Shown piece by piece: positions 23,889 to 32,000 of a stretch of DNA of 32,000 nucleotides. A program made the translations under genes and the position numbers. Positions within the stretch are counted from its first letter, which is position 1. Every line of letters starts with the position of its first letter. The notes under the pieces were generated by a model, which saw only the letters and a program-made list of their open reading frames with translations, did not search any database and was not told the origin of the DNA. Source of the DNA: Erysipelothrix inopinata (lineage in GTDB: Bacteria > Bacillota_I > Bacilli_A > Erysipelotrichales > Erysipelotrichaceae); NCBI RefSeq assembly GCF_014396165.1, contig NZ_CP060715.1, forward strand, positions 1,920,001 to 1,952,000, written 5' to 3'.

Positions 23889-25581
23889 ACTTTAAAGCCA
23901 ACTTTCTGATAAACATAGAGAGAAAATAAATCAATAACAGTGCAAAATAAGCACTAAACAATAATATAAATATTAAGAAGAGACTTCTATTTGATAATTC
24001 ATTAGGAACCATCATCATGATAGGTACACCCATGATTAAGAACATAGTTAAACTCAGTGATAACGAGTCTAAGAAGTCACGTTTGAAGAGTTCTGGATCT
24101 TGTACTGAAATAATTCGTTTATAGGAACTATAGTAACTAAATTCAATAAACGGAATTGATGCTGCAGTGAAGAGCGTGTCATAGCCATCAGAAATATTAA
24201 AAATATGTTTGAATATGTAAAATAATCCAAGGGTTAAAAATGAAAGTGCGGGAATAAACAAAGTATCGCGCAAATCATAATTCAGTCCGACAAAGAGCCA
24301 GGAAACACTAATAAATATTAAAACAATATTTATTAGTTCAGGTGTCGACACAGCACGTTCCCCACGATCAACATGGTAAAATGCTGTTTTCAAATTTAAT
24401 TCTGTACTTATTTTTGTAACCACAAAGTCCATTGAATTCAACGGAATCTCTTGATCAAACTGAATCCAAATATCATGGTCATTACTGTGTTCACTATTTA
24501 CTTGAAAATCATACAAACCAATACGGTGTAACAAAGCTTGCGCTTCCAAGTATTCTGGCGTTTCACAGTTCTCGATTATTAGATAATTGCCATGTTTTAC
24601 TTCTCCGAGGTTTCGTGTTCGATCATGGGTGTAATAAAAAACACCACTCACCATCACAAGGACGAAGAATACAATGACGACGGCATCAAATCGTCTTTTT
24701 CGAAAGCGTTCCAAGTTAGTTTGAGTACGCATCTTAAATGTCAACAATCCTTCATAATCTGTGAGACTTGCGAAAAACGGAATCATCACTAAATTATAAA
24801 CTGTTGCATTGAAGAAACTGATACTTGCAAATGCAATAAGGTAGTAGGCAGCACTTTTCAAACCATAATCACCGTAGGCAGAGCAAAGAATTGCGAGAAT
24901 ACCAAAAAAAGACATATAAATTAGTGAATTGCGCCAGTATTTCTTTTGGAAGTTCTTCTCTGTGGCTACCACTTGTCGTATTGAATTTCCAGAATAATCA
25001 CTGAGATATACTTGTTTTTGATAGACAAGCATCATATACGAGATAAGCATTGCATACCAGATTGAACGTGTAAATGCATAACCCAGCCATCGCGTAAAGT
25101 ACAAACTTAGTAATACAGACGATACGACATTTAAAGAAACAATGAGACCAAAAAATTTATAACGATACGATAAATACACAATCGTTATAAAAAGAAATAA
25201 AGTCATATACAGACTTAAAAATTGTTCAATATTTGCACGTTTAATTTCCGAACCAAAAGTTGCTTCATGAAGCAGATTTAGATCGGGAATTGACGTATTT
25301 AAATTTTCATAGAAAGTTTTTTCGTCATCCAAGCCACCTAAAACAACAAGATAAGTTGTCTCATCGATATTTTCAACAGAACTCTCAATTCCATTGCGTG
25401 CTTGTACATCAAAAAAATATCGTAATTCTTTTTCTTTACTGGTTTGTAGAATCAACTTCGTACTGTAATCAAAATCATTTCCAGTTTTGATTGAATCATA
25501 AGACAATATTCCAATCAGTAAAGAAATTACGAAAGCAGATACTAAAATCAAAAAAATGTTAAGTTTTGATTTTTGTGTCAT
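23875..25581 (-). CDS. 12-TM RND-superfamily membrane protein, divergent minimal SecDF-like
   Basis: Topology is 1+5 / 1+5 TM with two extracytoplasmic loops of about 95 aa. A YRYKFFGL...-type segment follows TM2. It occupies the slot that secDF holds in the Bacillus comN-secDF-recJ-apt-relA arrangement. Confidence 0.5.
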   Translation of the reverse strand: MTQKSKLNIFLILVSAFVISLLIGILSYDSIKTGNDFDYSTKLILQTSKEKELRYFFDVQARNGIESSVENIDETTYLVVLGGLDDEKTFYENLNTSIPDLNLLHEATFGSEIKRANIEQFLSLYMTLFLFITIVYLSYRYKFFGLIVSLNVVSSVLLSLYFTRWLGYAFTRSIWYAMLISYMMLVYQKQVYLSDYSGNSIRQVVATEKNFQKKYWRNSLIYMSFFGILAILCSAYGDYGLKSAAYYLIAFASISFFNATVYNLVMIPFFASLTDYEGLLTFKMRTQTNLERFRKRRFDAVVIVFFVLVMVSGVFYYTHDRTRNLGEVKHGNYLIIENCETPEYLEAQALLHRIGLYDFQVNSEHSNDHDIWIQFDQEIPLNSMDFVVTKISTELNLKTAFYHVDRGERAVSTPELINIVLIFISVSWLFVGLNYDLRDTLFIPALSFLTLGLFYIFKHIFNISDGYDTLFTAASIPFIEFSYYSSYKRIISVQDPELFKRDFLDSLSLSLTMFLIMGVPIMMMVPNELSNRSLFLIFILLFSAYFALLLIYFLSMFIRKLALKYGKK

Positions 25582-25866
25582 TTAGAGCTCCTCATCCTCA
25601 AGCATTGGCAAAAAATCCTCTAAACTGTATCGGTATCCATCAATTTTAGATTCAGTGGCTAACCAGCGAACTATTGTTTCATCGGACACTCTAAATACAT
25701 CACTTGCGATTTCATTTAGATGCACCGGTTGACCATTTTTCCAAATAAAATCACGGTACATGCGAACAAGATCATCAAAGAGAATTCCCTTCAATCCATT
25801 ATTATGAAGTTGGCGAAGTCTTAGTGTTATTAGTAAATTTAGTTGTTGCGAATCCAAGTTCTCCAC
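25582..25866 (-). CDS. small cytoplasmic protein, possibly a ComN-type post-transcriptional regulator
   Basis: 94 aa. Its stop directly abuts the ATG of the SecDF-like gene, which is the position of comN (yrzD) in Bacillus. Sequence similarity is not verifiable here, and the GTG/TTG start is uncertain. Confidence 0.35.
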   Translation of the reverse strand: MENLDSQQLNLLITLRLRQLHNNGLKGILFDDLVRMYRDFIWKNGQPVHLNEIASDVFRVSDETIVRWLATESKIDGYRYSLEDFLPMLEDEEL

Positions 25867-25900
25867 CTCATTCCATCTCTCCTATCATACACGATTTCAT

Positions 25901-25931
25901 ACAAATAAAAAACTCTCATTGAAGAGTTTTT
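25901..25931 (-). terminator. AU-rich terminator hairpin overlapping the murD stop
   Basis: AAAAACTCT-tcaatg-AGAGTTTTT hairpin followed by TATTTG. Confidence 0.45.
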
Positions 25932-27196
25932 ATTGTTTCTTTGAATATATTACCACGTTCTTCGAAATTATCAAATTGATCATAGGAAGCACACGCTGGT
26001 GACAAGACGACAACATCACCACTTACAGCATCATTTGATGCAAGATTTATTGCTTCAATCATCGTTTCCACGATAATTGCCTCAGGCCAAATTTCTTTTA
26101 ATTGTAAGGCGCTATCGCCAAATAAATATATTTTTTTTAATTTTGGTGTATAAGGTTTTAACAAATCAAATGAGATATGTTTATCATAACCCCCAGCCAA
26201 TAATAGAATCGGTTTATCAAAAGCTTTCAGACAAACTTCTGTAGATTCAGGATTTGTTGCTTTTGAATCATTATAGTATCGTACCCCTCGAAGTTCTCTA
26301 ACAAACTCGATACGATGCTCTACACCAACGAATGAGTAGAGAACCGTTTGTATCTGGTTTAGTGTGACACCTGCCTCCAATGCAAGAATGCAGGCAAACA
26401 TGGCGTTCATGATATTGTGATCACCCACAATTTTCAATTCGTCAATGTCAAATAAAACAGAGCCTTTGTATATTACTTGTTTTCCTTGGCGATAAACATC
26501 TGCTTCAGTATTATCGAGGGAGATATTAATACATGGTCCTTCAAAATTCTTTGTTAGTCTCATAATATTCTTATCATCAAAGTTTCTCACAAACAATCCA
26601 ACACGAGGAAGAATCTTACATTTTGCGAGATAGTAATCATCAACTTCTTCATAGCGATCCATGTGATCTGGACTGAGGTTGAGAAGCGCATATACTTTAG
26701 GTGAGAATGTCGGTGTTCCTTCCATTTGGAAAGCTGAGATTTCTAATGCGACATCACATTTCTCATTTCCTATTTCATACACACGTTGACTTAAAGCGTA
26801 TCCAACATTACCAGCAAGCATGGCACTATCTGATTTCTCTTTTAACATTTCATAGAGTAAGGTCGTTGTTGTCGTCTTACCATTTGTTCCTGAAATAGCA
26901 TAGTAATCATAGCTTGATGAAAACATGGATGCAATTTCGATTTCATTAAGAACCGTGTCAAATTGCGATACAAGCGGGTGGTCATTGGGTATTCCCGGAT
27001 TTTTCACAACTACGTCGTAAGCGTCGACAAGGGACATGTCCTTATCGTCTAACAATACTTTGATACCTAATGCTTCAATTTCGCTTCTCTCGGAAAAGTC
27101 AGAATTGGTGGCAAGTGTGACATCATAGCCCTGTTGATTTAATAAGCGCGCACAACCTAAACCCGATCGTGCGCCGCCAATTATTAATGCCTTCAT
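25916..27196 (-). CDS. murD: UDP-N-acetylmuramoyl-L-alanine--D-glutamate ligase
   Basis: GGARSG N-terminus and GTNGKTTTTT P-loop. ATGA overlap with mraY. Confidence 0.95.
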   Translation of the reverse strand: MKALIIGGARSGLGCARLLNQQGYDVTLATNSDFSERSEIEALGIKVLLDDKDMSLVDAYDVVVKNPGIPNDHPLVSQFDTVLNEIEIASMFSSSYDYYAISGTNGKTTTTTLLYEMLKEKSDSAMLAGNVGYALSQRVYEIGNEKCDVALEISAFQMEGTPTFSPKVYALLNLSPDHMDRYEEVDDYYLAKCKILPRVGLFVRNFDDKNIMRLTKNFEGPCINISLDNTEADVYRQGKQVIYKGSVLFDIDELKIVGDHNIMNAMFACILALEAGVTLNQIQTVLYSFVGVEHRIEFVRELRGVRYYNDSKATNPESTEVCLKAFDKPILLLAGGYDKHISFDLLKPYTPKLKKIYLFGDSALQLKEIWPEAIIVETMIEAINLASNDAVSGDVVVLSPACASYDQFDNFEERGNIFKETIKTLQ

Positions 27197-28155
27197 GATA
27201 ATGCGTTAAGGGCAAATCCAATAACCATAAAAATGAGCCCTAAAATATAGAAGAAGTTCACAACATCTTTTTCTTTCCATCCACTCAGTGTAAAGCTATA
27301 GTGAATCGGTGTATAACGGAATACACGTTTATGACGCAATTTCCATGATGTTCGTTGAATAATAACACAGAGTGTTTCGAATACAAATACACCCCCTACA
27401 ACAACAAGGAGAATTTCTTTGTGTAGTAGAATTGCGATTGAACCAAGGACGGCACCTAATGATAAGGAACCAACGTCACCCATGATAATTTGAGCGGGTT
27501 TACGGTTATAAACAAGGTAAGCAATCAATGATCCGATAATTGTAAGAATGAACATAAACATACCGTAGTTACCATCTGCAAATGCAAAGTAAGCAAATGG
27601 AACAAATGCTATTAATGCTGTACCGCCTGCAAGACCATCCATACCATCTGTAAGATTTACTGCATTGGATGTTCCAGAAAGTACTAACATAACGAATGGT
27701 AGATATAGAAGTCCGATATCCCATGGTTTATCAACAAAAGGAATGACAATTGTATTATCGCCTCCAATTGCTTGATAGATAACATAGAATACAACTGCTA
27801 ATACTAATTGTGATAAGAATTTAGCACGTGGAGAGATTCCATCGTTTTTCCCTTCTTTCACAATTTTATAATCATCAACAAAACCAATTAAAGCATAAGC
27901 GAAGTAAATAAATAAGAGAAGAAACAATTCTGCATTCATCTTAAATCCATTAAAAATTATCGCAACAAGAATAGGTACGAGTACAAAGATTACCCCTCCA
28001 AAAGTTGGTGTTTTCTTTTTATTTTTAAACTCTTCGAGAGCATACTCACTAATTTGCTGTTTTACATCCATTTTTTGTAATGCTTTAATAAATTTTGGAT
28101 AGACCACAAGGGCTACCACAAAAGATACAAACATTGCTACGATACCGATTACCAT
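27193..28155 (-). CDS. mraY: phospho-N-acetylmuramoyl-pentapeptide transferase
   Basis: VDDYKIV and NLTDGMDGLA motifs; polytopic; 320 aa. Confidence 0.95.
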   Translation of the reverse strand: MVIGIVAMFVSFVVALVVYPKFIKALQKMDVKQQISEYALEEFKNKKKTPTFGGVIFVLVPILVAIIFNGFKMNAELFLLLFIYFAYALIGFVDDYKIVKEGKNDGISPRAKFLSQLVLAVVFYVIYQAIGGDNTIVIPFVDKPWDIGLLYLPFVMLVLSGTSNAVNLTDGMDGLAGGTALIAFVPFAYFAFADGNYGMFMFILTIIGSLIAYLVYNRKPAQIIMGDVGSLSLGAVLGSIAILLHKEILLVVVGGVFVFETLCVIIQRTSWKLRHKRVFRYTPIHYSFTLSGWKEKDVVNFFYILGLIFMVIGFALNALS

Positions 28156-28200
28156 ATTACCTTCTCCTTATTTCATTTCAGTTTCTTATTATACCAAATA

Positions 28201-30360
28201 TCACCTTAAATTAACACTGATGACTTGATCTTTAGTAATCACACTTCCTGCTGGAATGGATTGATCTTTTACAAATCCTGAACCACTCATTTCAACTTGA
28301 ATTCCCGTTATAGCCCAGAAGTTTGTCATTTCTTTTCGCGACCAGCCTGTAAAGTCTGGTACGGTTATCGATTCTCCATTTGTTAATAAGAGAATACGCT
28401 CATTACTTATAACCTGCTGTTTAGAGGACGGAACTTGACTAATTACAGTATTTCCTTGACCAATAACCACAGGTTGGTAACCTTTTTCTTTTAAATTATT
28501 TGTTGCGCTTTCTACATCATAGTTCACAACATTCATAACATAATCCGTTTTTATTTGCTCAACATCACCACCACCGACTTGTGTGTACTTGTCAGTAGCA
28601 ACTACTTTCTTCACAATATCTTTAACATAAACAGCCGATGCATCAATACTATGTCCCATTTTTGCTTCATAAGCTGTATAAACAATGTATTTTGGATTAT
28701 CGTGAGGGAATCCAACTACCGATGAAAAAATATAGTCTGTAGGAGAATAAATACCATTCTCAACTTTTTGTGCAGTCCCTGTTTTAGCAATGACTTCTGT
28801 CTCTTCGACTTCAAAACGCATTGCTGATCCTCCAGGAGCAACAACATCACGCATTAAATCTCTCATTTTTTTGGAAGTAGAGTCTTTGAATATTTTCCCA
28901 ATTTTCTCAGTTTTCCCCTCGTATTGAACTTGTCCAGTTTGAGGATCTGAGATTGACTCCACAACATAAGGTTTTACCATTGTTCCATCAGTCATGATAG
29001 ACGTATAAGCTTGAGCCATTTGTAACATGGTTACCGTTGATCCCTGACCAAATCCATCTGTTATTAACTCAAGAGGTCTTTCCGGTACTTCCACCCCTTC
29101 ACTTTCAGGAACTAAATCTGTACCGACAACTTTATGGAATCCCAGTTTATGTTTGTACTCTTTAAATTTAAGTGGATCTAAATGACTTGTTAATAACTCT
29201 GAGATCATAACGTTCGAACTTTGGACATAACCATAATTATAGGAAATATCTCCGTAGTTTATGTTTTGAGCATTGGTAATCGTATGAATCGATCCAGTAG
29301 GCGAAGGAAGACGTACCCCTTTACCATCTTTAACCCCTACATAGAAAGGTCCAGAATAGAATGATTGTTCATCTGGCCATACACCCTCTTCAATTGCAGC
29401 GGCAACCGTGAAGGTTTTCATAGTAGAACCCGGCTCATACGTTGATTGTGACACATAGTTTAAGTATTCACTGATATCAAGAACATTTGGATCAAATGAT
29501 GGCGCTTGGCCCCATCCCAAAATTTTCCCTGTATCTGCTTCTACAACAATACCCCAAGCTTTTTCTGCACGAACTTTTGGATCTTCCAACATTCCATGTA
29601 ATGCTTGCGACAATGCATCTTGAATCGAACGATCAAGTGTTAACTTAATATCCGAGCCATTCTTAGGTTCTTCTCGAATCACTTGTTTATCATCGATGAA
29701 GTAACCACCCGCAGTTTTAGGGAATGTTTCACTACCGTTTTTACCAAGTAAATAGTTATCATAATAAGCTTCAATCCCAATTTGACCTTTAATATTTCGA
29801 ACATTTTCAGACTCATCATATTTTGCGAATCCAATAAGTTCTGAAGCAAATTCATTATTAGGATAGATTCTCGCAATAATCGGCGTGAATCCAAGACCGG
29901 GTAATTTTGTTTCTTCAAGAGCAGCCTTTTGATCAGCTGTAATATACTTCCCTTTTTGACCAAATTCCACTTGAAGTGACGTCGAATTTAATTGAGCCAT
30001 AACATCGGCACGATCAATTCCCACTATTTCAGATATTGCATCGGCGGTCGCTTCTTTATCAACTACGTGTGCTGGTGTTTTATCTCCATTAAAACGCGTT
30101 GTATCTAATTTTGCATCAAGTGTATAGGTTGTGACATCTTGAGCAATAATATTTCCATTTCTATCTTTAATTTTTCCACGTTCCGCATGAATCGGACGTA
30201 ATACAATACTAACCCCTTCAGTAACCTTTTTAATGTTTTGTCCAGAGTTAAAATGATGACCAAATATCGTCATTACAAAAACATTGACACCTACTGTTAG
30301 AAACAGAAGTGCCATAATGATTGAAAGCATTAATACTTTAAAATTTGCACTGCGTCTCAA
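28201..30360 (-). CDS. class B penicillin-binding protein (PBP2B/FtsI-type) with two C-terminal PASTA domains
   Basis: STMK, SSN and KTGT motifs, an N-terminal TM, and two PASTA-like repeats at the C-terminus. TTG start. Confidence 0.9.
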   Translation of the reverse strand: MRRSANFKVLMLSIIMALLFLTVGVNVFVMTIFGHHFNSGQNIKKVTEGVSIVLRPIHAERGKIKDRNGNIIAQDVTTYTLDAKLDTTRFNGDKTPAHVVDKEATADAISEIVGIDRADVMAQLNSTSLQVEFGQKGKYITADQKAALEETKLPGLGFTPIIARIYPNNEFASELIGFAKYDESENVRNIKGQIGIEAYYDNYLLGKNGSETFPKTAGGYFIDDKQVIREEPKNGSDIKLTLDRSIQDALSQALHGMLEDPKVRAEKAWGIVVEADTGKILGWGQAPSFDPNVLDISEYLNYVSQSTYEPGSTMKTFTVAAAIEEGVWPDEQSFYSGPFYVGVKDGKGVRLPSPTGSIHTITNAQNINYGDISYNYGYVQSSNVMISELLTSHLDPLKFKEYKHKLGFHKVVGTDLVPESEGVEVPERPLELITDGFGQGSTVTMLQMAQAYTSIMTDGTMVKPYVVESISDPQTGQVQYEGKTEKIGKIFKDSTSKKMRDLMRDVVAPGGSAMRFEVEETEVIAKTGTAQKVENGIYSPTDYIFSSVVGFPHDNPKYIVYTAYEAKMGHSIDASAVYVKDIVKKVVATDKYTQVGGGDVEQIKTDYVMNVVNYDVESATNNLKEKGYQPVVIGQGNTVISQVPSSKQQVISNERILLLTNGESITVPDFTGWSRKEMTNFWAITGIQVEMSGSGFVKDQSIPAGSVITKDQVISVNLR

Positions 30361-30362
30361 AA

Positions 30363-30689
30363 CTACTCACCCTTTTCTGGCGTTGTAGTTGCCTCTCCTT
30401 GAACTTTAAACGTATTTTGTTGTTCTTTAAGTCCAGCGTCTTGTGCTGTTTGGGAAATTCGTGCGAAATCTGTTAATTTTTGAATTTCAGTTGTTAATTT
30501 CTCATTATCTTCATTGACCGATGCCATCTCTTGTTTAGCCTTTTGTACTTCAATAGTTATTTTGGCATTTTGAGTTTTAACCACGGTTTGCGTAATGAAA
30601 GAAGCAAGAATGGCAATCGTAAAAACGAATCCAATCATACCACTCCAACGTATTGTTCTTTTCTTTTTCTTTACGACATGCTTTGCCAT
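30363..30689 (-). CDS. ftsL: cell division protein FtsL
   Basis: 108 aa: basic N-terminus, a single TM, then a coiled coil. Lies between rsmH and the PBP gene. Confidence 0.7.
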   Translation of the reverse strand: MAKHVVKKKKRTIRWSGMIGFVFTIAILASFITQTVVKTQNAKITIEVQKAKQEMASVNEDNEKLTTEIQKLTDFARISQTAQDAGLKEQQNTFKVQGEATTTPEKGE

Positions 30690-30690
30690 A

Positions 30691-31602
30691 TTACTTCACC
30701 CTTTCTATACACCTTAGTATTGCGCTGTGTGCTCGATTGTTATCTTCGAGTTCCTCAATACTTGGTTTTATCCCCTTTTTAATTAATTGATAATTGACAC
30801 TATCTTCAACAATGACTGGAATTCTCGGATTTACTTTCGGAGGTTTTCCATAAGTGTTAAAGATATTTTTAACCATGCGATCTTCGAGTGAGTGGAATGT
30901 AATTACCACTACACGACCCTTTGGCTTAATACTGTGTATTGCTTGATTAATTGCATCTCTTGCTTCTCCAAACTCATCATTAACTTCAATGCGGAGTGCT
31001 TGGAATACCTTTTTAGCAGGATGCCCTTTTTTAAGTTCCTTTGAAGGATACGATTTTTTAATAATATCTACGAGATCAAATGTTGTCTCAACAGGTCTTG
31101 CCTTTATAATTTCTGAAGCAATACGCTTAGCGTAACGCTCCTCTGCGTTGTCTTTAAAGATTCTGACTAACTCATCCTCTTCATATTCATTCACAATCAC
31201 ATAAGCACTTAAAGCTTGACTCTGATCCATTCTCATATCTAATTTGCTATCAAAACGATAACTGAAGCCGCGAGCAGCATCATCAAACTGTGGTGATGAG
31301 ACACCTAAATCAAAGAGTACTCCATCGACTTCATCGATTCCCATCTGATCTAATGTTTGTCTAAGATCTGTATAGCTACTATGAACCAAAGTTACTTTAT
31401 CTTGATATGCTTCAAGTCTTTGAGTTCCTCTCACAATGGCATCCGCGTCTTTGTCAAAACAAATAAGCTTCCCTGTTGTAAGTCGTTTGCAGATTTCCAA
31501 GCTATGACCACCTGCTCCCAAAGTAGCGTCAATATAGACACCCTCAGGATTAATATTTAGTAAGTCCAACGACTCATTTAACATGACTGATATATGTTTC
31601 AT
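30691..31602 (-). CDS. rsmH: 16S rRNA (cytosine1402-N4)-methyltransferase
   Basis: HISVMLNESLDLL...IDATLGAGGHS SAM motif; 303 aa. Confidence 0.95.
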   Translation of the reverse strand: MKHISVMLNESLDLLNINPEGVYIDATLGAGGHSLEICKRLTTGKLICFDKDADAIVRGTQRLEAYQDKVTLVHSSYTDLRQTLDQMGIDEVDGVLFDLGVSSPQFDDAARGFSYRFDSKLDMRMDQSQALSAYVIVNEYEEDELVRIFKDNAEERYAKRIASEIIKARPVETTFDLVDIIKKSYPSKELKKGHPAKKVFQALRIEVNDEFGEARDAINQAIHSIKPKGRVVVITFHSLEDRMVKNIFNTYGKPPKVNPRIPVIVEDSVNYQLIKKGIKPSIEELEDNNRAHSAILRCIERVK

Positions 31603-32000
31603 TCAAAAAACTCCGTTAGCGATTCCGCGATTTCTTCAAAATTTTCGCTTGCTGTTTCATAATAAGCATCCCAACGTTCTTTATCCCAAATTTCAACATG
31701 ATCACTAACTCCAACGAGAACACAATTTTTAGTTAAGTGAGCTTCTTGTGTTAGATGAGAAGGAATACGAATTCTTCCTTGGCTATCCATTTCACACTCT
31801 GCTGCTTTTGACATAATCATATGGGTATACATTCTTGCTTCACGTTTGGTTGAAGGCAGTTTCTTTAAGTTTTCGTAAACTTGTTGCCACTGTTCCATAG
31901 TGTAAATTGCAAGACAGCCATCAAGCCATCTGGTAACAATCATCACTTCTCCCAGTTCATCACGAAACTTAGCTGGTACAATGATGCGACCTTTTGTATC
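31599..32000 (-). CDS. mraZ: transcriptional regulator MraZ (N-terminus beyond the window end)
   Basis: The frame stays open to the window edge and reads DTKGRIIVPAKFRDELG... upstream of the track ORF, followed by the second DSQGRIRIPSHL repeat. Confidence 0.9.
   Translation of the reverse strand, partial: DTKGRIIVPAKFRDELGEVMIVTRWLDGCLAIYTMEQWQQVYENLKKLPSTKREARMYTHMIMSKAAECEMDSQGRIRIPSHLTQEAHLTKNCVLVGVSDHVEIWDKERWDAYYETASENFEEIAESLTEFFE

Noticed and set aside
3197-31560. About 30 short track ORFs (60-98 aa) nested in, or antisense to, larger genes. Examples: 3197..3397, 3984..4181, 5376..5645, 7304..7489, 7766..8002, 8002..8247, 8943..9200, 9208..9390, 9319..9588, 10160..10351, 10582..10878, 10933..11121, 11914..12120, 13813..14019, 14277..14465, 14807..15028, 15363..15656, 15984..16190, 19436..19651, 19719..19913, 20253..20438, 21353..21592, 24432..24792, 25260..25490, 26701..26898, 29679..29963, 30531..30782, 31357..31560.
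   Set aside because: Each lies wholly within a longer ORF that carries recognisable conserved motifs. None has a convincing SD, and their composition is low-complexity, as expected for chance open frames in AT-rich DNA.
1-32000. A scan for CRISPR arrays, tRNA or rRNA genes, and long dispersed repeats.
   Set aside because: I found no regularly spaced direct repeats. No intergenic region has cloverleaf-like or rRNA-like sequence. The only repeated units are the paralogous genes at 796-2338.

Overview
AT-rich, Bacillota-type chromosomal window; I cannot assign the taxon from sequence alone. Almost all genes are on the minus strand. I saw no rRNA, tRNA, CRISPR array, transposase or integrase.

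Layout:
(i) 1-4000: a partial secreted protein, two tandem paralogous 6-TM proteins, and a DhaS-like TetR regulator abutting an orphan DhaK/DhaQ-like gene.
(ii) 4018-9709: a tightly packed four-gene cassette. It encodes an expanded AAA_5/MoxR-class ATPase, a beta-propeller-like repeat protein, a D/E-rich VWA (MIDAS) protein and an NAD(P)H-FMN reductase. The first two genes are each broken by a single -1 frame change. I regard this as the best candidate for an uncharacterised system.
(iii) 9780-13255: oleate hydratase preceded by a degV (FakB-like) plus DhaS-like TetR operon.
(iv) 13.5-16.4 kb: housekeeping genes (membrane protein, cdd, UDG-family protein, threonine dehydratase).
(v) 16.5-17.9 kb: a small islet downstream of relA. 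It holds a P-loop kinase and a CatB/Vat-type xenobiotic acetyltransferase. The acetyltransferase has its own consensus promoter, an 18-codon leader ORF and a hairpin that sequesters its Shine-Dalgarno, which looks like translational attenuation.
(vi) 17.9-32 kb: one co-directional housekeeping run, mraZ-rsmH-ftsL-pbp-mraY-murD / comN-like / mini SecDF-like / recJ / Big_2 surface protein / apt / relA.

All functional calls rest on motifs I can read in the translations. No database search was possible.
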